From contig CM120644.1 of NCBI GenBank assembly GCA_051362555.1, positions 18,994,534 to 19,058,533 of the forward strand: 64,000 bases of DNA. Direction: 5' to 3'. Positions 24,429 to 38,301 of this stretch are shown one piece after another. The position numbers and the translations under genes are program-made. The notes beneath the pieces were generated by a model. It had not been told where the DNA came from. It saw nothing but the letters and a program-made list of their open reading frames with translations, and did no database searches. How positions within the stretch are numbered: the first letter of the stretch is position 1; the number at the start of each line of letters is the position of its first letter. The stretch comes from Lingula anatina. Taxonomy: Eukaryota; Animalia; Brachiopoda.

Positions 24429-25915
24429 CCCCATAGAGCCTGGCAGCATCTGACCTAGAAAGTGCCCTTGGTCCTGAGCCCTCTACCCAGATGCACTCAA
24501 TTTTACAGGCGGCCTCATTTAATCAATGATAATGTATTTACTTGTCTAGAAAATACCTAAAAACTGTACATTTTTAAAAAGCCAAGAATGTAAGCTTTAA
24601 AGTCATATCAGTTTTATTCACATTTGTTAACTTAGGTAGATATAGCAGGAGTTTAAATATGAGACTTGCTTTTCTCGAAGAGAAGTAAAAAACAAAAACT
24701 TTAATTTCAGCATGCACATTCTTTTTCACTTAACCAAATAATTTGTTGAAATTTTCTCATAAACTTTCGAAATATGTCTTAAACAATGTCAGAAAATTTC
24801 AGAAAGATATCTTATTCAGTTTTTGAGATATAATAAATTTTCTGGGATGCGTACTGTACCTAAAAACCTGCATCACGTTAGAGAGTTGCACAATATACAG
24901 GCAGGCTAGCTGACTAGAAGACTTCCACCTAATTACTTTTATAATTACAAAAAGATTGTAAATTTAGTGCTTTTTACGAAAGTTTTTCATAGTTTTTTTT
25001 AATCAACTGAACCACGATACTCATAAAATTTTGTTTAGCACTCAAACCATATACAAGAATACAAACATTATCATGAGCAAATATTACACTTTCGTGAATA
25101 AAAATTGCATCATAAAAATACAAGTAAACGTGGCATTTTTACTAATACACAAGCAGGAAAAGACATGTTGATACAGCGCACTAGTAAACATATTATATCT
25201 GTATTTAAATACACAAGCAGGAAAAGACATATGTTGATGCAGCACACAAGTAAACATATGTCATTGGTACTTAGACATAAGCAGGAAAAGACATGTTGAT
25301 GCAGTACAACGTAACATATGACATTTGTAGTTATGCACAAGCAGGAAAAGACATGTTGATGCAGCACACAAGGCAACATTTAGCCTGACTTGCCACGGTA
25401 ACAGTCATTTTATCAGCGATATAGCCATTCCAATTACTATTGTCGTCTGCTTGGTTACTGCCCTTAGTATCATCAGCGTTTTTCATAAATCAAGCCCCAC
25501 GTCCGAATCTGCTCTCTGACAACTCATACTAGGCAAAGGTACATCATCTTTGAAGTTACCGGAGTATCAAAATCTATCAAGGACTCTTCCCTGAAGTCTG
25601 AATTTTCTAACAAATCTAAAACATTTCTCAACCCATAACTTCTGCTGACTTCTGGCCGCCATTATGACTTCATAGCGCCTCGACAATGGTTGAAATAAAC
25701 CGCTTTTTCATTATCTATTTCTCGCTACACGTCTTTCAAAAGCCGGCAGTAAACAAAAAACTAACATTATATTAGTCTTGTGATAGAAGCATGAATTGTT
25801 ACAAAAGACAGGGGACAGTACATGCATGTAAACACAGAAACCGCGTATTTGCGGTTCCCGGCACTGAGGACTTTTTAAAACGAACCGCATATGTGCGGTT
25901 CCCGGCGCTATGGGG
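24429..25915. mobile_element. Non-autonomous piggyBac-like element
   Basis: TTAA TSD on both sides; TIR CCCCATAG(A/C)GCC; subterminal duplicated palindrome aaccgc..gcggttcccggc; internal ~60-64-bp x4 tandem repeat (25140-25375). Confidence 0.88.
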
Positions 25916-25919
25916 TTAA

Positions 25920-27202
25920 ATGAGATGGCATTTTAATTTGTCTACCAAATCTTGATCTTTTTACAATTGGTTCCACCAATTGCGGTTCATTCAATTGAAA
26001 ATCACTCTCTCTTTCAACAAATTTCCTCAATCTGTCATGATGTACCACCTGGATTTTTCCCTTTTTTATCTTTAATTGTATAGAGAGGTGGGGATGCTTT
26101 GATAACATCATATGGTCCTCTATATAAGGGTCTAAGTTTCTTACTTTCTCCCTTTTTATGACTTTCATCCCTCAAATATACTTTCTGACCACAAGTATAT
26201 TCACTCTCTCTCAACTTTGCATCATACAATTGTTTTTGACCTTTCTGCACACATTTCAATTTTTCTCTAGCCATTTCATGTGATCTATTTAGACTTTCAC
26301 TCAAGTTTTTCAACCATTCATGAGTCTCATATGGTATCAGGTTTTCATTCACACAACCTGTTAGTAAGTGCAACGGCATAAAAACTTCTCTCCCTAACAT
26401 CATCATGTTAGGAGTAAACCCTGTTGATGCATTCACAGTTGAATGTAATGCCATAACTAATTGAGGTAAATCTCTATCCCAATATCTCACATTCCCTTCT
26501 ACATTACATCTAATCATCTGTGTAATAATACCCATGCATCTTTCAACTTGTCCATTAGCACTTGCTCTAAAACCAGTTGTTCTAAGTTGTTTGATTTCTA
26601 ATAATTTACACAAATTTCTAAATAATCTACTTTGAAAATTTGAACCTTGATCTGTATATATCTCTTGTGGACAACCAAAAGTAACTATGAATTTTTCAAA
26701 AAATGCTTTTGCTACTAATTCAGCTGTCTGATTTGGCAATGCCACGCATTCTATCCACTTAGTAAACTGATCTATCATAACCAAAATATAAGAATTCCCA
26801 AATTCACTTTGTGTAAATGGTCCAAGTATATCTAAATGAACCTTTTCCATAGGAAATCCTGCATGATGCAAAGTCATTTTGGCTTTTGGTTGAACATGCA
26901 GTACTATGCTTGTTTTTATTGCAAAGTTCACATGAACTTACATACAATTTACAATCTCTATTCATTCAATGCCATTTGAATGATTGTTTGAGTTTTTGCA
27001 AACTTTTCTTGTAAGCAAAATGACCAGCTGTTTTTGAATCATGACAGAAAAATAAAACTTCATTGACCAAATCTTTTGGTACAATTAAACATAAATTTCT
27101 ATCCTCTCTCTTTTCCCATTTGTAATATAAAACATCATTCAAAAGAATCAATTGTTCTTTGCAATTCCACAATCCTTTCACTGCCATACTACATAAATAC
27201 AA
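25920..27202 (-). pseudogene. pol: Gypsy pol C-terminus: integrase (HHCC, DDE core, GPY/F), frameshifted
   Basis: CHDSKTAGH; VHLDILGPF, IDQFTKW, TDQGSNFQS, ANGQVER; LRPLYRGPY. Confidence 0.95.
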
Positions 27203-27527
27203 CTCTGACTACCTTTAAGGTACCAATCATGGGAGAGATTCAAACTTGCACACCGGGTAACACTTTACTTATAGAGACATCTACCGGTAGCAATATAAAA
27301 CAATCTCAACTAACACAACATCGTTACAGTATGCTGGGGATTGACCTAACTCCCTGGGGGTTCACACTAAATTGATATTAGCTCAAGTCTGTCATGCCTA
27401 CCCAATCAACTAGGGGTAAAGATAATTACCCCCTAACAGTTTTACTAGGCATGACAAATGTTTAAGCTGGTTAGTTTAATAGCAATTTAGTGAGAATCTC
27501 TTAACACAGGTAAGGTAGATACATATA

Positions 27528-29469
27528 TGGTAATATGCCAAACAATTCGACCAAGATTAATTAATTAATTTCATGGAAATGTCAGTTTGGTCGAATTGAT
27601 TAAAATACAGCAATGGAAATCTTTGATATCGTCGGATTGTTAGGGGCATCTGCCAAAACGTCCATCTTACCGGAAGTATTGCACTTTACCGGAAGTGTAA
27701 CGCAAGATAAGCCGCAATTTTCACTCAACACGTGTTTCAAGCACGTTTTATCCTCCTTTTGAATTTTTATTTTGCTGTGTACAATATGTGCTAACATAAC
27801 TTGAGATTCAAACAGACGACAGTTCATAATTTCTATCTCCCTCACCGACGATCACTTTCATGACGCGCTTCACAAGTGGGACGCTTTTTCCCCCGGAGAC
27901 AGGTGTTGTAAACAGTGCCCGGTCACTTATATTTGAAACTGGTAGATTTACCAGACTTAAACCAGTTATGTGATCTACGTACGCCCCATTTGAATTTTAA
28001 TATGTCGACTGAAAGCAACCAAATTGAGATATTTTTACCAGTCTGAGATCAGTTGTTTTCAACTCGCAAGGCTTGCTCTGCGTAGACGCACGCATTTCCG
28101 AAGAAAATTCAATCGCCCCTATCATGGACATAATAAGAGACTACCCTATTTAGGTCCAAGCAACTATCAAAGAATACCAAGTGGCACTCGAACGGAATTC
28201 TGTGTAACTTTAAATTACTTTTCAGTATTTAATTTAAAAATCATGTCATATCAAAACATATTGAGAAAAGGCAGTCTACGGAGCCTACCTGTGCCGATAG
28301 ACATACAATGTATACAGTATTGTTGGCACTCTTCCGATTTTCTTACATGTATACACTCGCTGTGCACAAGCCACGGTGCATATAATAAACCCCACTGATA
28401 CAACCCGAACGTAAAATAAGCATTTAATTGCCATAATTTACACAAAACAGAAGCACTTATAATTTGACGTGAGAATTGAGCAAACGACACTGGTCTTATC
28501 TGGTCTGCTCCAGAATACTAGCGCAAACCACATGTTAATGAAGACGGTCCCATTGTGGGGCAGGGGGGTCACAGGAATGAGTTCTTCACGGATTACGCTA
28601 AATAATATCAACGTTTCATGCATCTGGGGAAATAAAAAGTGACTCACTAGTAACGTAAATACCCAGTGGAACTCTCTGTGAAACTCCGCTTTTCACCGCC
28701 ATATAAGTTAGTTTTTTTTCTAACAAGGAAGACGTCATTTTTATTGTTGACAAACGGTTATCCAAGTCGGTGAATAGCTACACGCGTTCGTCAGATTTTG
28801 ACAGCGCGTGGTATTTGGTGCCAAGAAGTCTAGGCGGTCGATCTCACTGATCTTTCAGTCGACTGTAGTAAATGTAGGATCTCGCGGCATTGACTTCAAG
28901 AACATTTCCCCTGCATATATATTTCAATCAAACTTGAAAACAAATTGCTTATTCTTCCCAAAATTTTTATTGCTAGCATACGCTACGTATGGTCTATATG
29001 AAGATATTTACTACATATCCTACCCACTGTCGACATTTGGTTTCATCCAGAACAGACATCCCCCCCCCCTCCCAGTTACGGGCATAACGAATCAGTCAGC
29101 GAGGGCAAGTCTGCTAAATTAGCACAAATTGTATGTTTATAAGCACTATTATTGTCATCGGGGACAAAGGAAATGACAGGTACGTCTCGCTTGCAGATTA
29201 GATCTTCAGTTAATTGTTTCTTCCTCATTGACAAAAGCTATTGAAAGGACAACAATTGACAAAGGGACGTTCATGCAGCATCTATTTCACTGGCTTGAAA
29301 ATTTACTGAGTATTGACGACGATGTGGTCGAACAATCGGAACAAGAAAAAAATTCTGTCGCATGATTTTGACGTATGGACTAAATGTTTGAGCCCTGAAA
29401 AATTAATTTTATAATATAATTTTTTTGGTCGGATTGACTGGGCCCGTCGAAATGCTTGGCACATTACCG
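27528..29469. mobile_element. Non-autonomous Tc1/mariner-superfamily element (TA TSD)
   Basis: Left ta|tggtaatatgccaaacaattcgac is an imperfect inverted match to right gtcgaaatgcttggcacattaccg|ta; CpG-rich interior. Confidence 0.75.
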
Positions 29470-29894
29470 TAGTGATTATTTTCTGGTTTCATTGATAACA
29501 TTAAACAAAGCCTCACTTGGCTGTTTAGATAACTTTCTGGTTCCCTTAGATAAGATATAAAGTCAGAGGATATAGTGTCCATTGTCAAGGTAAGGTAATG
29601 CACTTAATTAAAAACTCAAATGGTTTGTGCCTTCCACATAAGCAAGACCACAATAATTTGAATAGATATATATACAGGAAGGAAGGTTCAGCTGTATAAG
29701 TGGCCCACTGGCTGTAATGTTGGTTATTTTATTTTATTTCTTTTTCTTTTAATGAATATTAAATAATTATGAAATAAATAATGCTAAATATCTGTCATAC
29801 ATCTCCCTTGTCCAATAAACTAACTTGTGTGCCTCAAATGTTCTACAGATAACTTTGAGAAACTTTACATTAAACATTGATCTAACTACCAATC

Positions 29895-30137
29895 CTACTC
29901 TGCGGAAAAAATGTAAACGTCATCATTTATCTCAAACACACCACCCCTATTAACTTTTTCAGTCCATTCACAGGTATATCCCAAGAAGTTTGCAACCTTT
30001 CCAGTTGTCTTTGACCATGAGCTTAAAATGGGCAAACAGTACTGGTGGTGTAAATTGCAACTCTTTTGAAATCTGGCTAAAGGAAAGGGAATATAGCCTG
30101 CCACATATCTCAAAGTTTTCTCCTCTTCTGGGGTCAT
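29895..30137 (-). pseudogene. P-element/THAP9-like transposon protein fragment
   Basis: EEKTLRYVAGYIP...WTEKVNRGGVFEIND (YxAGY / RGGL-type motifs). Confidence 0.55.
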
Positions 30138-31229
30138 TTTCTCCTGTGGTTCGTTTTCAGGGTAATAGTGTTCTGTAAAAGTAGCTCATCAGTTAAGTCT
30201 ATGTTAAATGCAGATGAAAAGTCCCTGAACTTCTGTTTAACATTGTCACTTAATCTAAATTAATGGAAGTTCCTCAGCATGGTCACCCTTGCTGAGGACA
30301 GCATGGACTTTGTGTCACCTGATACCAATACCTGCCACAGTTCACTGACCAAATAAGATGAAAATCTGGAAAATTCTTCTGTTTCTTTCATGTGTAGCAG
30401 TTGCTTGGCTATCTCTGACACCATATCTCACCACATGTACTGAACGGTTTTCCACACTTTGTCGAGCTATCACATATTTTTCCAATGCAACATCCCTATC
30501 TTTGGTAAAGCAAAGGGTCCTTTACACTAGTAACACCAATCTCAGAACAAAATGAGTCAAAATTCTCTTTGCCAGTCACATCTGATCTCATGTTGTGGAA
30601 CGCTCCAAAGACAATAAGCCTAGAATTGCTGGTCATTTTTATGTGGTCACCACTTGTGACCACAGCATGCAATTGGCTATTTAGGTTTTTTAGATAATCA
30701 GTGGGGAATTGTTTGTTCTATCCATGTAATGATTTCTTTCTTACGACTTCTGCAGCTTCAGCAGCCCTTCTACCCCTCTCAGACACTGCTATATCTAACA
30801 CAATTTATGTGACAAAATCTTCTAGATAACTTCAAGATTTAAGAAACTTACATGTATAACATTATTGCAAATAAAGTAAGTACAACTTTTTGCTGCTCTT
30901 TTTCTTTCTCTTTCCTTTTGTAAGTGATGCCCCATCTTGGTAAATGTTAATTTTTCTTCAAGAGATCACTGAAGATCAACAATTCACGAAACGCATTACA
31001 AACCCCACCTGGCTACGGGTCTGGTAAATGCATTACACTTTCACAGTAAATTCTTCACACTGCATGTTTATAAAGAAACGGGACTAAAACATTAAATACT
31101 TCCTTACTACATTTTAAATTTACATTATTGCACCATAGCATACCTGTAGAACAGTGATCTCCAATGTGAGTTAGCTGACATGTTGGTGACCAGAGCATCT
31201 TTTCTTGGCTATAGCAGGGTACATCTACA

Positions 31230-31560
31230 CAGGGGCAAAACATTGTAATCCCTCCTCTTCTGGATTTCTGCATTCCGGGGCTCCTTACCAGGAACAAACT
31301 TCATAAACGACAAGTCTGAGAAGGAGTTGCAGGCCTTTTTCTTTGATCTCACCTTTCCCTCACTCTCTTGGTTTGTCTTTACAAGCAACCTCACAGGGGA
31401 CCTCTGTGGCACCACTTAGCTTTAAGTCATTTAAGAAAAAAAGGATGGCTACCACATGTTTACATCTGCCACTGGCACCAGCTTTGCATGTGCAATATAA
31501 GATCACCACTTGCCCATCAGATGAGAGGTCAACCTTGACTTGATATCTATCCTTGCTGAA
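31230..31560 (-). pseudogene. SWIM zinc-finger fragment (typical of YqaJ/ISL2EU-type TE accessory proteins)
   Basis: YQVKVDLSSDGQVVILYCTCKAGASGRCKHVVAILFFL..VACKDKP. Confidence 0.7.
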
Positions 31561-31827
31561 GCTAGCTCCTTGTTTGGCATCGATCAGTCCTCATTGGCAT
31601 CTCCCTGTATGGATAGTACCTCGTTGATGGACCTTTCTCTCTAACCTCTGTTTCACCTTGGTGCTCACACTAGTCACAGTCAAATTGTCCATTGCATTGT
31701 TTTCAATTCCTTATTAGTTCCTTATTAGTTGTCATATCTGAAATGGCATTGGCAGCCAGCAATGTCTCTACATTGCAGTTTGGTAGATGGTGAATGAGTT
31801 TGTCATTTTGTAAAATATCCAACAACT

Positions 31828-32782
31828 TGTACTAGGTCCTTAGATATACTGCGGGTATAACCTAAATGTTAGGGGCTCTTATCCTACGCTGGAAGATTCT
31901 AGGTACGGTACACGATTCCCAACTCTAAAAATCGCCGATTAAAAGTGGTAATGCTCGCATAACCTGACTGCGTGATAATTTCTAATTCTGATTTTAATTT
32001 CTTCGGTTCATATGGAGAAAGAAAAGACCTTTGGATGTGTTCTCTTATCATAAGCCAGACCGTCCCGTGCCTATCGGTTGGGAGTTTAAAAAATGCTCTA
32101 GATCCCTTCTTAGGGCCCCCTCGCAGATTTAGTTATTAGTTTCCCTATAACCCCCAGAATATCTCGCACCATGTCATTTAAAACATCCAACACATCAATA
32201 TACGTCCGACCCTCTGACGGGACATTTCCGTCACACGAACTTACACCCGTGGAGGCCTGGTCTATTCTACTTTGTCTAATTGTATAGTGCTGCTTACCTT
32301 GGAGGTTCCTGGCCAAGATATCCAATGTGTAGACTAATCTCTGCATTTCGGTTCCGGGCTGGATGGTAGCTTCACGCTTGTTATTGTGTCCCTCGGCCAT
32401 GGTTAGTGCGTGTTCTTACAATTCTCCCCGAATATAACCGAAGTCACTTTGCAGAATTGTGTGCGAGCTTTCGCCAAATCTGTACTAGGTCCTTAGATAT
32501 ACCGCAGGTATAACCTAAATGATAGGGGCTCTAATCCTACTCTGGAAGATTCTAGGTACGGTACACAATTCCGACTTGGGTTTTGTGCGGAGAGAAAAGT
32601 AACGCAACACCACTGTTTAGTTACCAAAATCAAAACTCATTTGTCAGGTCGTAGCCTGATTTTATACCTAAAATTGGTGTGACAGACTTATATCTTTATT
32701 GTGACTTCACTACAATTACAGAAGATAAGAAAAAGATAAACGTTAGATAAGAGATGTACTGGTCTGAATACAGGTCTGAACA
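31828..32782 (-). mobile_element. Internally deleted Gypsy element: 5' LTR (32481-32782), PBS-like site, gag fragment, truncated 3' LTR
   Basis: TGTAC...GAACA termini with 4-bp TSD AACT; TGGCG just inside the LTR; ~93-bp LTR duplicate at 31828-31921. Confidence 0.88.
31925..32400 (-). pseudogene. gag: gag N-terminal fragment
   Basis: ORF begins ~80 bp after the LTR/PBS; SCDGNVPS motif; continues frameshifted to KLKSELEIITQSGYASITTFNRRF. Confidence 0.65.
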
Positions 32783-33389
32783 AACTGTTCCTTTCCCCAT
32801 CCTTGATTGCTTGCTCCCCATCAAATGATGCTTCCCATGATCCACATATCTGTCTTGCCTTTTCTCTGCCTGAGTAGGAAGGGCATGATGGCCATAAAAG
32901 TAGACCTAAAAATCAATTAATATAAATTGAAAAAGATTGTTTTAATTCATCTTTGTTAATAGGTGTGGGTAACATTGGCAAATTTTGACTGGGAGTCAGA
33001 TTTTAATTATAAAAATCTAACTAAGGAGTCACCTTTTTGGGGAATTACATTTTCATGGTACACTTGCATAGTTCCTATCAGTTGGACATTGCAGATTGTT
33101 TTAAATTCCATGAAGTGAATAATGAAAAAACTCAAGCCTTCACAGATAAAATCACCGAATATTGTACCAAATATCTTTTGGCATACTAAATCAAAATGAA
33201 GTTATAATAGCTCGATCTTTGGAGAATTTACCCATTTGACAAAAAAAAAAAAAAAAGAAAAGAAAAAGAAAAAAATCATGGAATTCCAGAACTTTTCTGG
33301 ATCCTAAGGTGGCTCAGGATCCCTGCTGATTGAGTGTTTTGTTGTATAATTAAGTTTCTGAGATTAAAAAAAAAAATTAAATATGGCTG

Positions 33390-35165
33390 CCTTGCCAAAC
33401 TTGCCCACCTGTATGGCAACTCTGTGGTAATCAATGGGCATACAGGAATTATCTCTTAACACCCAGCTCAGCATGGCATGGCTTGTTGGCCTCTTCACTG
33501 TACATTGCAATCAGGCACAACAAAACAGTAACCTGATTTGACAACACTGAAGTCAAAAAGACCTACTTGGATTTAGGCTATTTGCAACCTTACATCTTTG
33601 ATCTTTCAAAAGAGAATATTCAGTTTCTGTTTTATCTTATAGGTCTTGGGGGGGGGGGGGGCATTTCACTTGCTTTTTGGCATATTTATCTTGCTTTCTT
33701 CTCACTTGTGAACTCTTTCAGGGAGTCAAGAAGACATGCTCTATACTACATATTATGTCCAGTTTCCTACCCAAATAAGGTAGGAAAATGTTGCCAGCAA
33801 AATCATCCAATGTGTTGACACTGGCAGGAAGACTGTGGACAATGGTTGCACCATGTAGCACCTCACTGTCACATGTTGGTGGTTGATCTGGTTGTTCACA
33901 TGGCTCGGGGCTTTCAAATATCTGAAAGTGAAGGAGGGAATGACAGGTCCACCTAAAGGACAGGAAATTCCTAGAAGTTACAAAGTTTTGCATTGAGATA
34001 TATAATTGACCATATAGTCATGTTATTCTGTACAAATTTTAATTGTGTAATCTTTCTTAGGATTGATCTTTCTATGGGCTTTTCTGAAGGGTGCTGAGGA
34101 ATTCTTCTTGGTAGAAGTATGAATGGACACTGTGCATCCATAGAAAAGACTATCTAAAGAAACTGCTGGTATTGTTTCTAGCATGTCCATATGAAAATGC
34201 TGGGTTCTCAGTCAAATCTTAAGTTTGACTTGTACTTATCTTTTACCATATTGTTCTCTTGCTCATGACCCTGATTGAATGGGATGGCTGAAAACAATTG
34301 GCTGTTTCAGAAATCACGCAGTTTGAAGCATTTTCCAGTCCTGCACAGCAGAGACTTAAGGACAGACACCTGCCTGGCCTAGTAAACATGGGTCAAGGTA
34401 AAGAAAAGGTGCTGCTTGATCCAATGCTTCAACATGAAAGGTATATTTTCTCTCCTTAAGGGCTCTGCTACACAGTGGAATTTCATGATAATATGTCATG
34501 ATCTGATCTTAGAACATGAATGTTGACCAGATCCTTATGTAGCAATTAAGTCTTTTCTGCAAGTGTGGATGGGAGTTTCATCATTTGAACCTCTATTGAG
34601 CTGAGAGATTGCACAGGGTTAAGTGCAAGATTATGAGCATCATATACTTGTTTTGAACCAGTGTGAGGACTTCATAGAAAGAAGAGATCTCTTCAGTCTC
34701 AGTCTTCTAACACCCCATTCTCATAGATTAGATCGACCTACATTGGATCGACCTAACTCCCTGGGGGTTCACGCTAAATAGCTGTCAGCCGGGCGGACAC
34801 GAAAGTTAATTACCCCTTAAAGCTTGTAGTAGGCGGGGACAGACACTTAAGGGGGATTATCTGACAGTAATCTAGTGAGACTCCCCGCGGTGATAGATCG
34901 ATCTAAAAGTTGTGAGAACAGAGCCAAAGAGATGACACCAAGGGTCTTTTGGATTGAAATTTTTGTCCAATCTTCCCCCCCCCCTCCCCCAGTATTAGAA
35001 TGCTTCCCTTCACCGTTCATTAATTACTATAATTGCACTCACTGTACTCTGACAAATAGTGACTGATCAAATATGGTTACTGTTACTGGAATTTGGCCTG
35101 GATTCAGATAGTCAACTGTTTGGCCAAAAACATCCATGTCATGCTTTATTTGATTGCCTTTATTG
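33390..35165 (-). pseudogene. Academ-type transposase remnant (copy B, MITE-interrupted)
   Basis: ORF 33718-33993 DSEVLHGATIVHSLP..TLDDFAGNIFLPYL; same motifs as copy A. Confidence 0.8.
34711..34925. mobile_element. PIF/Harbinger-type MITE
   Basis: Absent from the paralog (cttctaagagatg at ~7498); inserted at TAA; imperfect TIR; second copy at 43754-43960. Confidence 0.85.
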
Positions 35166-37769
35166 TGGATTCTAAAACCATCAGATAATTGATTTGGACT
35201 TAACTTGTATAATATTTATATTTACATGCAGAATATGATTGAAAATGTGCATTTGTCGTGAAAAAAAAACACTACAGCAGTAAAAGAGGTAACAAAAATA
35301 AATGAATAGCTCCCATTTAACTACAAAATTTCTTACTGGCTGTATGTGTTTATAAAGTAGGTTTGTTTCAAAAATCAGCCTGGTTGGATCATTATTACAT
35401 AAATTCTTGATTACTTTTTTGCATTTTTTCAAGCGTCATATCTTTTGGTATAAGTGTATGCTCCCAAAAATGCAAAGCTATTTTTGTTTTTACTTAAAAT
35501 TTGCTGGCTGGCTATATGTATAAGGCAGCTTCATATCGATAATCAGTATGATGAATTATTTATGTGAAAGTTCCAATTGCTTTATCGTCTTTCAGACATG
35601 ATGTTTTTTCCACGGATCCATGGAATTCTGCATTTTTTATGTGATCTCAGAGCATCTAAGATAAAAAAATAGGTTAGTTTTTTTACCCCATGATAACTGT
35701 TCAGAGTTTTTTTTTAAGACCTCGGCTCACTTTTTACTTTAAATTTGCTGAGTCACCTTATTTGTTATTATGGCAGGTTCAGTTTGAAAATCAACACGAT
35801 TGAATATCCTGACAAAATTTTATCTTTTCAGAGGTTTTATGTATATATGTCAGATAGACTAATAATCTGACTTTCAATTTGACCTTGACATCTGTGACCT
35901 GGTACAATCATTATAAAGTATATAGGGTAGACAATTGCAAAGACACCAAAAGTAAGTTTCTCTATGGAGAATTATCTGAGATGTGTATATTTTTTATATA
36001 ATTCCATAAATTGGTGACCATCTTGAACTATTTGCCCAAATGGGGTTATTCTCCAGAGGGTTAGGAGGCCAGTATGATTTAGTATGTCAAAAGGTAGTTA
36101 TATATGTACACCTGCAAAATTTGGTGTTTTTATCCAGCTTGCTGCTAAGTATAGATGATGTTCTTAAAAATCAAGTGTGTGCTGAGATTGTGACTGGTTG
36201 TGATTGCATTGTGTCTGGCATGCACCACTGCCACAATCTATGAAAGCAGGGCAAATTATCTCTTATTCATTTCAGTACTGTTTACAAGTATTATTAATTT
36301 ATGAAGATTGATTGAAAGTGTAAAGTAGCCATAGAATTCTGAAGTCGATAATGATGTTTTTTTATCTGTCAAAGGGGCCAGTAAGAGAACACCTACCAAT
36401 ATAAATTCATGGTAATCTCTACTAAAATATACAATACTTCTTAGTACTTCTTTACAAGTATCTTCCTGTTTTTCAGCTATTTGTCAAATTCTCCCTTTTA
36501 AATCTAAATTTTCTTTTGGACCAGCTATATTGCTCTATAATACTGTTAAGATAATATGGACAGGCAGATTTTAAAGTCTTCCTAAATACCTTATAAACTG
36601 TCCTTTGAGAAGAAGTCAGTCCATCAATTCTGCAGGTATGTTAAGTTGGATGTTTTCTGTGTCCCATATATTACTATGGACTTGGAGATCTTCCATTGAT
36701 AAAGCACCTTCAGTTTGTCTTTTAGCCACACAGTGTAAACAGACAGTGTAATAATCAGTGGTACAAGAGCATGTCCAAGTAAATAGTTCATACAAGTAAC
36801 AGACTGTTCTTTCCAGAAGACCATCTCCAATTTTGTACAAAAAAATCACTTGGGATGAGCAGGTATATTTGAGAAAAGAATGACAGAAAGCCAAACATGA
36901 GCCAGCATAAGATTGTTAACAAAAGCAAAGGTCTGACATAACATTGGAGGGTACTTTGCCTGGTGTTTGAAATATGCCTCCAATGAGGTGCAGGTTGTCA
37001 AGGTCCCTAAATGTTATCAATAACACAAACGTTCCCTAAATGCAACCTCTACCTGCACTAACAACCTCATGTAATTAAATTAGCTGTAATACATCATTAA
37101 TTGATTTTATTTTATTAAACTGTTCAACGGCAGGTAACATTTATTTTGTTTTAGTGTAAGATACTAACAACAACACATATTTTAATTAGCATTAATTGAG
37201 CATGAATTGAATTTTATTAAATGGCAGATATCATTAAAGGATTCTGGTCATGTTAAAATTCATTTCTCGAATTTTGTAAATTCAGCAATCAATGTATACA
37301 CTATAGATATGTTTGCATCAACACCCACCTTTTAAAAAGTATAAAAACTATCTATTAGTAGAAAAAAAAACATTTTAGTAAACCTCACCTCAATATGCAA
37401 AAATGAAGCAACAGATTTGGGTCACGTGATACTGTGACGACATAGAAGATAAAGAAGCGCCAGAAGATTCAAGATTCCAGGATCAACGAATTGCGAAATA
37501 ATAACTATGAACTGAGGAAACAAGTTTTTGGTACACATAAATAATTTAATAGAAACAAGTGAAAACCATGTCAGTACAATTTAAGTAATTACACACTGTG
37601 TTGAACCCTGAAAATGAATGCACAAATTGTTATCTGAATATTGGGATTGTAATCAATGATAGTGTGGATCGTACGAAGGACGGCAGAAACAATGGAAGCT
37701 GGTGAGGTCACTGCTGGGCTGATGTCATTTTCTCCCAGTTGACAAAAAAACTATATCTAAGTTTGCTGC

Positions 37770-38125
37770 CTAAATAGTAATGAGTTGTCTGTCAAATTCT
37801 AATTAAGAAATTCCAAAATAATAACTCATAAAAGATTCATCAAATGCTTCATTTAAGACTTCCATTTGAGGGTTATCAAGAGGGAGATACAGAACATTTA
37901 TGCACGTTCTGCTTGTTGGCATTATTTGTGCTGAAAATTCTATTCGAGGAGCCAAGGTGAAACCTAGCAGAGGAAATTGTCCTGGAGCCCGTGATGAATG
38001 CTAAGACATCCTCTAGCATTACTGTCCTTTCATCCACTGTCTTCCGACATCCTACTGTAATTAGAAACAATGAGACTTGCATAACCAGAAAGACATTGAT
38101 TTCCAATTATGTTTAGAAGAGGCCA
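37770..38125 (-). pseudogene. G2E3-like HECT fragment (copy B)
   Basis: VMLEDVLAFITGSRTI, then frameshifted PTSRTCINVLYLP. Confidence 0.7.
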
Positions 38126-38301
38126 AAAATTGGGATCATACAAGAAACTAGTGAGCTCCCCCTGAGCAATAAAAGTTAGTCGTGAGGCCATCAGCACTAA
38201 AATTGTTTGGTAGGGATGGCTCCTGGTGTAAAGGCTTTAAAAAGCTGCGCCCCATGAGTAGAGTCGGTCATGAACTGGTCCCCAGAAAGATGTCTGAGTT
38301 A

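Larger units (their letters stand above)
21991..27328 (-). mobile_element. Internally deleted Gypsy LTR retrotransposon with extended 3' region
   Basis: In minus-strand order: partial LTR, integrase, two extra ORFs, PPT, LTR. gag, PR and RT are missing. Confidence 0.85.
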
